59,489 nucleotides of DNA. Source: Chiloscyllium plagiosum (taxonomy: Eukaryota). The stretch's first letter is position 1; the number at the start of each line of letters is the position of its first letter. The position numbers were made by a program, and so were the translations under genes. This document shows, one piece after another, positions 38,601 through 51,582 of the stretch. The notes beneath the pieces were generated by a model. It searched no databases. It was not told where the DNA came from and worked only from the letters and a program-made list of their open reading frames with translations. The stretch lies in assembly GCF_004010195.1 (NCBI RefSeq), contig NC_057718.1:21662523-21722011 (forward strand), in the 5' to 3' direction.

Positions 38601-41600
38601 TAATGACTTTGCTTTTGTGGCATGATGAAGTTTTAAATTTCTCAAGTCAGCATTGTTATGAGTTTTATTTCCCTGTAATGAAATATCCACTTTATTTTGT
38701 ACTTGTTTGTTTCCAATAAACTGATTCTGAATATTTAATTGCCTAATTATTCACCAATTGAAAAGTGTCCATCAATTTGGTTGAGTGAGATGGAAGTTGC
38801 AACTGATTTACTGGCCCAACTTCAGAATGACAACTGCTTCCTGTTCTTAGGAGTATAATGTGAATAATGGAATGCTTAATGATTTTTTAAGTGGAAAAGC
38901 TCACTTTAGCTTAATTCTTCTTTGTGAATATGCTTTTCTACTTATGTTAAGGAAAATTATTTGTGTGGCTAGTTTTAGATGCCAGTGAGCCTGACATGTA
39001 TTGTGGGATTGAAATGGCATGTATGTCAGATGGGGTAAAGGTGGTCGACCCTCTTCTCGGAAGGATGATTATCTAAATGAGTCTTTAGATCATTATAGAA
39101 GCTTTCATTTTGGTTTTTCTTTTGCTTGTCCACTAATGACCAGTTTATTCAAATTATCATGGCACAATTTAAATCCAGCCATTTTGCATTATATAGTCAT
39201 TATACTTGAATGATCAATTATTAGAACCGGACATCCAGCAACTCCTAGCACTATTAAGATGACGTGATCATCTAGAACATCACCCAGCTAAACTAGGGTT
39301 AAAATTTAGTTAATTGAAAGTTTCACTTCTTTGAAAACAAACAAGCCTCTAGAACAGGAGACCTTCAGGAAGGAATCAAGTTGAGTTTCTTGGCAAGGGG
39401 TTGAAATTTGCATGCTCTCTTTAAATTGTCCTCATTTGAGCACAGGACATTTCAACAGCAGGTTCCTGCATTTGACTACAGGTTACACGCTTCATTCAGG
39501 AGATACAGATTAGTGTCAGCCATCTTCCTGTATGATCACTAATAACATGTGGCAACTGCCTAAGTAACAAATGACCCTTTGCTATCTTAGCTAAATCAAC
39601 ATGTACATCTGTACTGTTTCCATAATGGTACCTGGCTGTTGAAGGATCGATTTTGTGTTAACATTACTCTTGAGCAAGTCAGAAACTTGCATACAAGTAG
39701 GAGACCACTTTTTTTAAACCAAATTTATAAATGTCTTATTCTATAAATCCTTTGGCTGTTCAAAGTAAGTGATTGGGTTTGAGGGACTTGTAAAACCTGG
39801 ATGTTGATTAGTTAGTGAATGCCATATGTCTTGAATAAACAAAAAAGAACTCTTCAAACAAAAAAACTTTACTTATCCCATGAATGAAAATCATGTTGAT
39901 TAAAATTAGTTTTCATCCAAAGATTTATATACATAATAAAAATACAGGTTAGTTTAAAACTTGTAAAATAATTCAAAAGATAACATTTACTGCAATTCTA
40001 AAGCTCTTTAAATATACTTTATTTTTAAAAACATCAGTTTGAGATTGGAGACATGTTGTGCAATATCTTTGCGCTATTAATAGAATATCCAGATTTTGCT
40101 CAGTTTATTGGCAGTTTCTTAGGTATCTGGTTTAATAACTTAAAGGGTTAGTCTGGATATTCTGGTGTTTAGAATTGAATCCAGAATTCCCTTGACCTTC
40201 ATTAGAAACCAATACCTGGAGCTTAACGAATCATTTCAGTGCTCTAATCAGAAATTTGATCTGAACATCAAAGTGTTTTTTACCTGATCTACACATGATA
40301 AAAGTGCCATTTCAAGGTAATATTTATAAATATTAAAATACAAATGACTAGAGGTTAATATAAACCCAGCTTACTTCTAGATGCCATTCACATTTTAATG
40401 ATATTGAACCTGCAATGGTCCTATTGTTTTGCATAGAAGTTTTTACCTTTTAATCCTGTTTATGTGAACGAATGCAAAAGGTAATTGGTTAGGAAGTAGA
40501 ACAGGAAGGTTAAGGTTTTCATCCCTTGTCGATGTAAATCAGTACAGTTGTGGCAGAAGAACAAATTACTTTTTTTACAGGACTAGGCAAGCAAGATGGG
40601 GAAAAATAAAATCTCTAACCATAAAAATGGAAAGATCCTGAGGGCACAGTGGCAGGCTGGATGCTGTGCTGGTACTTCCCTTTGTTGAGGAGATTAGTTC
40701 AAAGAGGACTGGCTCTTAAATCTTTTAAGTTAAATTAGGAAACACATCACACTCAAAGGGTGACACTTAAGAACTCTCTTCTGTAAATAGCAAATGATAA
40801 TGGATTAATTGTTGTTTTTGTTAGCTAAAGTAATTAAGGAATATGGGGAAAGTGAGCTAAATGGAGTCTGGTCTGATTTAAGGTTTGAGTGGATAAGTGG
40901 CTAGTTCTACTTTCTCTCTCCTTTTTCCCCCCCCCCACTCCTAATTTTCTCCTTATAAACATAGTCACATGAGCATTGCCCAAATTACCAAAAGTATGTA
41001 ATTGCTTGGAGAATGATACTGAACATACAATCCAGAGGAGCTAGTGAGCACATAATGTAGAATTATGTACATTGATCACTCCAGAAAATTGAGGAATATC
41101 ATCCATTTAGAAACAGTTAAATAATTCATGTTGATCATAGTCAGATATACAGCACAGAAGCTGACCCTTTGGTCCAACTCATCTAGGCCAACCAAATATC
41201 CAAAATTAACCTGGTCCCATTTGCCAGCACTTGGCCCATATCAGTTTTAAACCCTTCCTCTTATACGCAACCACTTAAGCATGCAATTAATTGGCAATTT
41301 CTATGCTCTGCTGTCACCTTTCACAAAACAAGATATACTAATACTCAAAAGTGAAGAAGGACAAAAAGCCTCGACACCACTATTTGATGATACCATATGT
41401 TGGTGTTTTTGTATTTAAGCCCGTATTAACTTAAGCATTTAGGCTGACCACTTTTTTCACAAAGGTGTTTGTTAATGTTACTTCTTTAGTTGAATTTTTT
41501 TTAATTGTCTGAAACTAGTAGCAACTGCTACTAATTGAGAACATTGGAAACTGGGTGATCAGTGAAATATTTGGTAAGTTACACTCTCAGCAATATTCAA

Positions 41601-41918
41601 TACTAAAGTAAGTAGCCTGGGAACTAGATGAATACTCTGCCAGGAACTGGAAGTATTGTCTCTGGGAATAATTTAAAGGAAGTGAAGCCTTGAGAGAAAA
41701 AGTGCATATTCTTAAACTCCTAAATTCTATTTTTTTACTAAAATGGATTAAGATGGCTGATCGAGTTCCAAACTGTTAGTTTACAAGTGTGATCCTAAAC
41801 TACTTTCAAGAATTTTTTATGCATAGACATTTTGTAACATGAAAAAATGCAGTAAGACACAAATCTGTGCATAAGACCAACTTTATGGCATCTCATCACG
41901 ATTTGTATTAAAAATCTA

Positions 41919-42005
41919 TCAGTCAGTCTCATATCCTAAAATGGGTCCCAGCCATTTCTCAACCTCTTCTACTTTCATCTGTTTTCTGGCTGCATAATCC
42001 TCAAC
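41919..42005 (-). CDS. MTR: Methionine synthase last coding exon
   Basis: tttacag acceptor; [31 protein letters not shown] immediately followed by TAG. Confidence 0.96.
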   Translation of the reverse strand, partial: VEDYAARKQMKVEEVEKWLGPILGYETD

Positions 42006-43069
42006 CTGTAAATGAACATCACATTCACATTAATTGTAAAATTCCAACAAATAGTCACATCAATACACAGGTTAACTGTCTTTGATCTAAACACTGATCT
42101 GCAAGTTCAACATGCCATCCTTGTAAATTTTACAGTTTTAAAAAATCTGCTTTATGAATCTGCATTTTGTGGTTTTAAATGTAGTAAAATGGGTTAAAAA
42201 TATTCCTTGGATAAGAAAACTGTGCAAAGTATATGATGAACTTAATTCCACCAAACGTTAAGTCTTTTTTTGTTTGGCCAACTTACCTACTTTTAATGTA
42301 GGTATTATACTAGTACATGGTAAACAGCAGCTACTTTAAAAGAAAATTGGGAAGAATATAAAGTTTTTTTTGGAAGGATGATAATTTATGGATGTATGAG
42401 CCTTGATAGTAGATTTTAGTACACCATCAACATTGGGTCTAAACCTTACCACAACAAATGCAGCAGGCATCTCTGCATAAGGATCAAGAATCAGAAGTTG
42501 TACTGATTCCTTATCCCAGTCTTGGGCATAACTGCTTTGTCTTGACTGAAATCAATAATTTAACATAGTTTGGATTCTTTTTGAGTAGTAGAAATTTACA
42601 GATAACAATGATTAATTGAGCTTTTCAATAACCAGGATAGCTCAAACTGAATTCTTATGCACTGTCACTAAAAATATTTCATTAAATGGAAAATTAGCAT
42701 CTTCTGTAATGTTTTCATAAACCTGAAATTTCTCTAGTAGCCATCTGTAATTTGAATTTTTACCCAATTCATTTACTTCACAGTGTATCAAACTCAATAT
42801 TTACAAATAGCATCCTTTCCTATGTCTGTCCTTTATTTGACTTTGCTGGAAATTACCTGAAAACATATCACTTAATTCTCCTTTTGTGGTCCGAGCTTGG
42901 AAATTTATCTCCGTTCTACTCAGTGGTAGCTCTTGGCAGTTAGGAGACATTCAGAATGCATTGACAGTACAGAATTCAATCCTAAAATCCACACCTATTT
43001 CATACTCTGCTGTTTTAAAAGCAGTTCAGCTGATACTTCATTATAGCACTTGAAGAATTTGTCATTGTT

Positions 43070-43530
43070 GGAATTATTTTTTATTTCAAAATATACTTTA
43101 TTCTTAGATATCTATGCATAGTTACAAATGCAGTTTTGTTCTGTATATTAGCATATCAAGGAAGCAAACAAACATTGGGGTTTGGATAGAGTCAAAAGAC
43201 CAAAGGGATCTTACTTGAACCAGACTATATTTACATGCATTTGAGGTACCAGGAGGCTACTTCACCAGGAAGACCTCAGACTTTCCCCATACAGCCTTGG
43301 TGGCAACTGCCCCAAGCTTTAGTGCATCACTCAACATGTAGTCCTGGACTTGGAATGTGGCAGGTCTACAACACCCCATCAAGGTCAAGCCCTTGCTCTA
43401 GAAGACCAACTGCTCAGGCAAATCAAAAAGAGTGTCATTCTTGCACACAGAAACTGAGTGTAGATCACAGAGTCCTGCAACACACCTTGACAAAATCCAC
43501 TGCATCTTTCTCCAGACTTCCTTGTGCAAG
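43070..43530 (-). mobile_element. Tx1/L1-like LINE 3' remnant
   Basis: Minus-strand QVQDYMLSDALKLGAVATKAVWG resembles a Tx1-type ORF2 C-terminus; AATAAA on the minus strand near 43097. Confidence 0.5.
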
Positions 43531-43772
43531 TAGTTACTTAATATAATTAATGAAAAGCTACATTGAGTTAATTCAAAAATATGCTCAAGTAGAAATAATA
43601 AAAGGAATTTCTGAATGCTTAGTTAGAGGTTCAGTTATATAACTTCAAATAGCCCCCAAAAATTGAAGAAAGCGTTGCCTGGCTTATGTGCCTTCCTCAA
43701 CTATTTCCATATTTTAAGCAAATTTAACCATGCATTTTCTGGATTTAATTGTTTCACAAATTAACAACCAAC

Positions 43773-43885
43773 CTGTTCCTTCGTAATTTTTCCAACAGCA
43801 AAATACATAGATTGTGGACTGGAAAAATAAAAGCCTGAGACTGCTGCAGCTGGAGTCATAGCCAAAGATTCTGTCAATGTAATTC
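43773..43885 (-). CDS. MTR: Methionine synthase penultimate coding exon
   Basis: [38 protein letters not shown]; gcatag/gttggt; 113 nt. Confidence 0.95.
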
Positions 43886-44207
43886 CTATGCAGAAAGTAA
43901 AGAGACCTTTTAGTCAGATGTTGATGAGACAAATATTAAATCTTCACTATTTATTGAATGTATCAGAGTACACACATGTTCTCAACTAATTAAAGACAAA
44001 ACTATAATTTTATTTATCCAATCTAGTTATTAAATTGGTGCAGGTAAGTGAGTATAAGCTGTAATTTCAGCAAAACTTCAAACTAAGTAGCAAATAAGCA
44101 AGGCATACAATTTTAAATGGAATTTTTTTTAACTGATATTCTAACCATTCACAAACTCACAAATCAATTCTATCTGAACATATTAAATGAGTCTTAAAAG
44201 TGATTAC

Positions 44208-44400
44208 CTGTCGTTTCCTCAATACTGGCTAGTTTCCACATTGTTATTTTCTCAGTGTGATCGGGTTGGCTTGGGTACCCTGGAGCTGGACGAATTCCCA
44301 CATATTTGATTCTATGTATACTAGCAATATCCAGGCTCTCATCAGGGGAGTATCCCCAAAATTCCTTCCGGACTCTCACATGCAGCTCTTCTGCAAATGC
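44208..44400 (-). CDS. MTR: Methionine synthase exon (AdoMet-binding RPAPGYP motif)
   Basis: [64 protein letters not shown]; ttcaaag/gtaatc; 193 nt. Confidence 0.96.
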
Positions 44401-45397
44401 CTTTGAAATATGAAAATAAAATAAAATATCTTTGGAAAATAATTTGCAGAATCAAAGCAAATGAATCAAGCTATTCAAAAATAAGTTAAACAAAACAATA
44501 ATTTCTCTACACTTTGTTGTTTATAGCACTGAACATTTTGACAATTTCACAAAGCAAATTCCATTTCAGCAGTTTGGCCTGTCATTTGGTCATCAAATTG
44601 TGTGTGTTTGTAATATGCACTAAAAGCTGCACCTCACTTATTATCACACTGTTTACATATTGATTAAATACTTTACTTCCCAAAAACAATGAATTAATGC
44701 CAGGTCTAAATTGCCTCAGGTTTTCCAAATAAAGATTCAAAATGCTGTGGTGTAACTAACACTAATAACAACAATGTTTAGGATATTTTAGTGTTTCCAC
44801 AGATGTTTAGGACATTATTTATAACCCAGGCTTGGAAGACTGGGAATATAGAGATTGCATGTATGAGCTATTCACACTCTTTAAATTCCCACATGAAACA
44901 GAGCTTACTGACTTCACCTTTAAACTTGTAGGGACTATGAAGAGGGGCAGTTCTGAGGAATAGTGCAGTTATGTTTCTGAGCAGTAACTCCCAAAATTTA
45001 AATATTGGAGAATTCAGCAATACTAAGCCAATTAATGTAAAGGGGAGAGAGTTGGATTCTCTTATGTGCTGCTTCTCAGCTCATGTTTAAATTTTATCCA
45101 GTATCAGGAAGAAATGATAATTAAAGAAGAAATGATTTAATTTTTTGTAAGTTATCTAGGCCCAATGACTATGATTATCCTTTTAATAAAATCTTTCTGT
45201 AATTCACAACTTCTTTCTAAAGGCATAATCTTCATTAAGAACAATCTTGTGACTTTTGTCATGGTGGCTTTTGATGTGTGCAAATATTTTCTGTAATTTA
45301 GTGAATCATATGATTGTGACTTAAGACTTTGTCCTTTCATAAAAATCATTTGACATTTTGTTTAGAAATGTTATTTTCTTCATTCTTTTATTGCCAA

Positions 45398-45766
45398 TTT
45401 TGTTACACTGCACAATATCACCATTCACATTATCATACAACTTCTTAATAAATGACTGAAAAGCTAAGTTGAATTTTAATTAATGTTTAGAGACTAAAAT
45501 TGATTCAGAACAAACCACTCATAGAACATAGAACATGGAAAAATACAGCGCAGCACAGGCCCTTTGGCTCTCGATGTTGTTTTGTTACACTGCACAATAT
45601 CACCATTCACATTATCATACAACTTCTTAATAAATGACTGAAAAGCTAAGTTGAATTTTAATTAATGTTTAGAGACTAAAATTGAATCAGAACAAACCAC
45701 TCATAGAACATAGAACATGGAAAAATACAGCGCAGCGCAGCACAGGCCCTTTGGCTCTCGATGTTG
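45398..45766. repeat. Near-perfect tandem duplication, unit about 182 bp
   Basis: 45398-45579 and 45580-45766 differ by one substitution and a 5-bp insertion; second copy runs into a minus-strand CR1 tail to about 45920. Confidence 0.92.
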
Positions 45767-47183
45767 CGCCGATCCAAGCCCACCTAACCTCCACTAGCCC
45801 ACTATCCTCCATATGCCTATCCAATGTCCGTTTAAATGCCTATAAAGAGGTAGAGTCCACCACTGCTACTGGCAGGGCATTCCATGAACTCCCGACTCGC
45901 TGAGTAAAGAATCTACTCCTACAATTGCATGGTTTTTTCCCCAGTTGTTTTAGAGGTATCTTTTGGGTCATCTGACTGTCCCTGTCTGGAGAGTTCTCTT
46001 GCTACATTTCTAATAACTATGGACTTCATTTCTTGATCAGAACAAGGAAGCTGTAATTCTGAAGTTTTTTATGTTCCAGTACTCAGGCTAGTAATTTATT
46101 AAACATATTATGGATTTTTTTTTTGTATTTAAAGCTTGTTTTGTTTCTTTTGAAAGACTCTTTGTACTTAATTCTTTACATGGTAGGAAAGCCTCTTGAT
46201 GCTGAATTTTCAGCCTTTTATAATTTTAAAGTAGTACTAAAACAATTAAATATTACAATTAAATCTAGTATCATATCTGCAATTAGACATCTCTTTCTAA
46301 GTTTGGAATTTGTGGCCTAATATCAGAATATCTTCTTGAACTAGGAATTACACACAGTTCTCCAGATATGGTCTAACAGTAAGATTTTTAAAATGACCTA
46401 TCTGTATACCACTTACTGTGTCCTAGCTGTAATAACTTCCCAAAAGTAAATTCACGCAGATCTTTGACTCTTTGCAGGCAATGGTATATAGTTACCCAGT
46501 GTAGAAAAATAAAGCATAAGCAGCTTGTTTGAAATCTCATCATCTACTTAACTTTATACCCAGTAATGGGCATTACTGCTCAAATACAACAGCAGGCAAT
46601 GCTAACCATCAAATAAAGGTTTACAATGGATAGGTTAAAAGAAAATAATTATTTGATAGTGTTTCTCATTCAGAAATGTTTTTTTTGCAGTGCACAAATT
46701 CAGTACTTACTTACCAATCCTTACTCTTACAGTCTGGACAATTTTAAAAAAATTCATTCATAGGATGACAGCATTGTTGGCCAGCATTTACTATCCATCC
46801 CTAATTGGTCAGGGGACAGTTAAGAGTCAACCACATTTCTGTGGAACTGTAGTGACACGTAGACTCATTAGACTCTCAACAACAGGTTTTTATTGAATTC
46901 AAATTCCATCATCTGCAGTGGCCGGATTTGAACCCAGGTCCCCAGAACATTTCCTGGTCTCTGGATTAACAGTCCAGCGATAATGCCACTAAGCCATTAG
47001 CTACAGCTAAACTCAAGACGGATTTTTTTTTTTAATTTCAAAGAGGATGGCTAATTCATTGTTGACATAAGAACACAGTTATGAAATACAAAATTATTCA
47101 ATATGAAAATGTTAGTTTCCAATAAATTTGTAAATTCGTCTGTAAACTCTAGTTAAGTAACCCAAGTACAGTATCAGTCTTAC

Positions 47184-47384
47184 CTCAGCTAGTCTGTCTG
47201 CCAAGGCTTTAACCATTATGCTGCTGTAGTCATCACCCTCCTCCTCATATTGCTTGCTTTGACGTTCGGCACCAAAGCACGCCACTGCAAACATGCCGAT
47301 GTAATCCGGCACGCCAGAATCCTTAGGTGCTATGAAATCAGAAATGCAGTAGTACTTCTCTGTGCTAATGGAGTTCTTGTCCAC
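47184..47384 (-). CDS. MTR: Methionine synthase exon (activation domain)
   Basis: [38 protein letters not shown]...[17 protein letters not shown]; ttctag/gtaaga; 201 nt. Confidence 0.96.
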
Positions 47385-48399
47385 CTAGAAAATGTAAAAG
47401 TTGAAGCAACTGTATTTAGTGGCAATCTACAACAATCATTCTGATGGCACACAGTACCTAACAGAAGTCAAATCAACAGCTGTGACTCTAGATATAATAA
47501 CATATGCAATACACAGAATGTACCAAGAACTATCTATGTCAACTGAGACAGCAAAATTTGTAAAGTGCAATTTCACATTGGCAACATACTCCCCATAACA
47601 TTTCATTGATGCAAAAACATCCAAAATCTACCCTTTATGCTTATTGCCTTTTGTTTGCAAGTGTTCAGATGGTTGTTAAATTGCAATTATTCTACTACGA
47701 AATCAAAGAGATGCCAGTTGTAAAGACAAGGGCTTTATTTTTCCGGATTCCTCATTGGGGAATGAAATAGGATTGTCGAAGCTTTCACAACGTTTTAAAA
47801 GCAAGTGATCTGACACTCTTGGTAAGTACTGTTTACACTACTATATGTTTAAGCAGTGGGAGGGAAGATGAGTTGGAGCAAAGGGGTGTGCATGAATGGA
47901 GGTTTGGCTGCTAATAAGTAGATAATTGGTCTGTGAACTAGTGACCGGTTTTTGAGGGCATAGTTATTGTAGGCAGAAAGTTTATGTTATTGGGTCCCAG
48001 GTAGGAATAGTTTGTGGGGTGTGAACTTGTGGGTGAAGCCACCAGATCTCCACAAGTGCAGGACCCATCTCTTTCTCTCCAGTAAGAAAAGACACCATAA
48101 GCCTGAATAAAGCCGGTTTATTTTCCCTCAGCAGTTACTGTAAGCTGGCTCTTACTGAGTATGCCAGAGACTACATAAGTGTTAACCAGCCATCCTGTAC
48201 CTTCTGCAAACAAGTTAAAATGTCTAGAGAAGGATAATCAAGGAAGTGCATGTCCTGATAAGCCAAAAGATTCATTTCAGCAAACCCCATAAACAAGGTC
48301 CATTGAACTACCTTCCCAGTCTTTCCATCATACTCATTTTTTTCCTATCTGTGTGTGTCAGGGAAACTAGCTATAGTGGTTAAAACTCTTTCCCCATTA

Positions 48400-49500
48400 T
48401 AAAGTTTCTCTTACTTGCTCCAGTAGCATTATGTCCTTCCGGAGGTATGGGGCCCAAAACTGGATGCAGTATTCTAAGTGGGGCCTAACCAGAGCTTTAT
48501 AAAGTCTCAGTTGAGCATCACTGCTTTTACATTCCAACCCCCTTGAGATAAATGACAACATTACATTTGCTTTCTTAACCACAGACTCAACCTGCAAGTC
48601 AACCTTTCGAGAATCCTGGACTAGCACTCCCAGATCCCTTTGTACTTTGGCTTTAGGAATTTTCTCACCGTTTAGAAATTCGTCCGTCCCAGTATTCTTT
48701 TTTCCGAAGTGCAAAACCTCACATTTGCTCACGTTGAATTTCATCAGCCATTTCCTGGACCACTCTTCTAAACTGTCTAAATCTTTCTGCAGCCTCCCCA
48801 CCTCCTCAGTATTACCTATTTGTCCGCCTAACGTCGTATCTTCAGCGAACTTTGCATAATGCCCCCAGTCCCTTCATTCAGATCATTAATATATAAAGTG
48901 AACAGCTGTGGCCCCAACACTGAACCCTGCGGGGCACCACTAGTCACTAGCTGCCATTCCGAAAAAGAACCTTTTATTCCAAGTCTCTGCCTTCTGTCAG
49001 ACATCCAATTCTCAATCCATGCCAGTAGCTCACCTCGAACACTATGTGCCCTCACCTTACTCAGCAGCCTCCAATGAGGCACCTTATCAAAGGCCTTTTG
49101 GAAGTCTAGGTAGATAACATCCACCAAGTTTCCCTGGTCTAACCTACTTGTTACCTCTTCAAAGAATTCTAACAGGTTTGTCAGGCACAACCTCCCTTTA
49201 CTAAATCCATGCTGACTTGTTCAATCTGACCCTATACTTCCAAGAATTTAGAAATCTCACCCTTAACGATGGATTCTAGAACTTTACCTACAACTCAGGT
49301 TAGGCTAATCAGCCTATAATTTTCCATCTTTTGTCTTGATCCTTTCTCGAACAGGGGGGATTACAACAGCAATTTTCCAATCATCTGAGACGTTCCCTGA
49401 CTCCAGTGACTTTTGAAAGATTACAACCAATGCCTCCGCTATTTCTTCAGTCACCTCCCTCAGAACTCTAGGATGTAGCCCATCAGATACAGGAGATTTT
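48400..49500 (-). mobile_element. CR1 LINE RT fragment, relatively well preserved
   Basis: CLTNLLEFFEEVT, YLDFQKAFDKVPH, GAPQGSVLGP, LYKALVRPHLEYCIQFWAP. Confidence 0.92.
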
Positions 49501-50510
49501 TAGACCTGGAAAGAGCAAGTGCAAGAGACTGACAGAACGCGAGTGGAAGTGTGATATTCCTGAGACTGGAACTGCGCCAGATGCAGACCCACAAACTCGC
49601 CCCCTCCTCCATTATCCCCTAAACCTATGCACATATCAGGCTGGACAAGAAGGAAAATAAAGGTGAAATACAACCAGGTTCTATAACCTGTACCTATAAA
49701 CTCTGCCAAGGCCAGTTTAGAGTGTATGCCACCAGAGGCAAATACAAGGTTGATGTTAAGTAAACTCAACTCATTAACTTGGCCTTGGTCTCCTCTCCCT
49801 TCTTTGGTGACCAGGACTTCAGGCCCAGTCTGTTTGTGTCTCTCACTGTGGTCTTAACATATGGGCAAATAAAGGTTTTTCTTTTAAATCCAAGTCTGCT
49901 ACTTGGCACACTTTAACAATGTTTATTAATTTTTAAAAAAATTATTAACTGACTGCTTGAAACAATATTTTTGGCAAGTTATGCTTTCTTCACAGCTCAA
50001 CATTTATTTTGAAATTCATGCTTAACATTGTACTAAACGTTATCTTTCTGAAATTTGCTCATCAGTCTTTGAGTTGTAAAAAGAAATTGAAATCTCGTTC
50101 CTCCATGAAAGGGTTGAATAACCCTTGTCTAGACAGTGCTCACTGACAGACTACTCAACTATAAATAGAACGGAATTCAATGAGACTCTCTTATCATTTA
50201 TTTGGACAAGGAAGGGGAATTGAGATAAAGATCAGCCATGATTGTGAAGAAGGGCATAACAGTGGTGAACTGTCTTGCTGCTTTTTTCATACTTTTAAAT
50301 TATCAGGTATCAAAAGACAGGGATGAGGTGGGAGCCATTGTCGGTCTTTCTTGCCTAACTAGAGATCCAGGTTTGCTAACACAAGACCGCCAAGGCAAGG
50401 AATCATGTCCAAGATTTATCTGATCTGCATGCATAAATATTACACTTGACAATGTATTTACCAACCGAAAGACTGAAGGAACTTTTTTTTAAACTGACAA
50501 AAAGTCTTAC

Positions 50511-50707
50511 CTGTTGCCTTAAACCATGAAACTTAGCTATTGGTTCACCAAGGCGGGGGTAAGTATCCTTTGCAAACAAGTGTATATCATCCCCAACACT
50601 TTGAGCTGGCCAGAATCCTATAATTCCCTTGACAGTCAATTTCTTTGCTTCAATTAGCGTATTCAGCATATCCTGTGCATCTTCAAACAACTTTTTGGCT
50701 TCTTCAC
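50511..50707 (-). CDS. MTR: Methionine synthase exon (activation domain)
   Basis: [66 protein letters not shown]; ctgtag/gtaaga; 197 nt. Confidence 0.96.
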
Positions 50708-51113
50708 CTACAGGATGGATAACAAGTTATCCTGTTATGAGGATAGGATATTGAGATTGGATAGTATTCATGCACACTCCCTCATCAGTACATGGCAACT
50801 TCTGGCCTACATGTACGACTGCTAATGTGGCCAGTGCATGCAGCAAAAAAAAACAAAAACATATTGCTAGGGCTCTTATACAGTGATAGGGTCCCTTCCT
50901 CTAAGTCAGAAGGTCTAGGTTCAAGTCCTACCTGCTCCAGATGTGTATCTTTACATATCTGAATCGATTGTTTAATCTATGTTTTGTCATTTTAATCAAA
51001 GTAGCACTATCTTCAAATTGCCAATTCTGTTGGTGGCATCTTAATAGCATGGCCGAGTGTATTGATAGCTAAAGAAACTAACACGATGGAAGAGTCATTT
51101 TATTGACACTAAC

Positions 51114-51269
51114 CAACAGTTTTATCTTTAAAGATTTTGGGATATCCACGATTTGGGTACTTTCCCTTCAGCTGCCAAACATCAAAGAAAGGTTTCCAAT
51201 CAATATAGCTTATCAGTCTCCGTAAATCGTAATCTGCAAAGGATTGGGTGCCAATAAATGTTGGTTTCA
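51114..51269 (-). CDS. MTR: Methionine synthase exon (activation domain)
   Basis: [52 protein letters not shown]; ttttacag/gttagt; 156 nt. Confidence 0.96.
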
Positions 51270-51489
51270 CTGTAAAAGAAGGAGACAGTTCTGAATTTTA
51301 AAATCACAATAAACAGAGACCACTGGGTTAATATTTATTAGTTATTTTTCTCTCTATATTAATTGGTCTTCATGTGAACAATCATTTACATTATGGTAGC
51401 TGCTGTAATCAAATTTATCTATTTCATTTATTGAATCACCTGAAATCTAATAAGTCTGTGAAAAACACATTCAAAGTGAACAGCAGCCT

Positions 51490-51582
51490 TGTTCTATACA
51501 CAAAGTTGATCCAACAGCACTGTAGTTACCCATTAATATGTTCTATACACAAAGTTGATCCAACAGCACTGTAGTTACCCAT
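51490..51582. repeat. Exact 44-bp direct repeat with 5-bp spacer
   Basis: tgttctatacacaaagttgatccaacagcactgtagttacccat at 51490-51533 and 51539-51582. Confidence 0.9.

Noticed and set aside
41916..41921. MTR TGA as possible selenocysteine or readthrough codon
   Set aside because: It falls at the conserved C-terminus (LGYETD) and is immediately followed by TAG
48397..49190. RT ORFs as an active LINE or domesticated gene
   Set aside because: Frameshifted and truncated at both ends; ordinary CR1 debris
51490..51582. Direct repeat with spacer as a CRISPR-like array
   Set aside because: Only two units with a 5-nt spacer in a vertebrate intron
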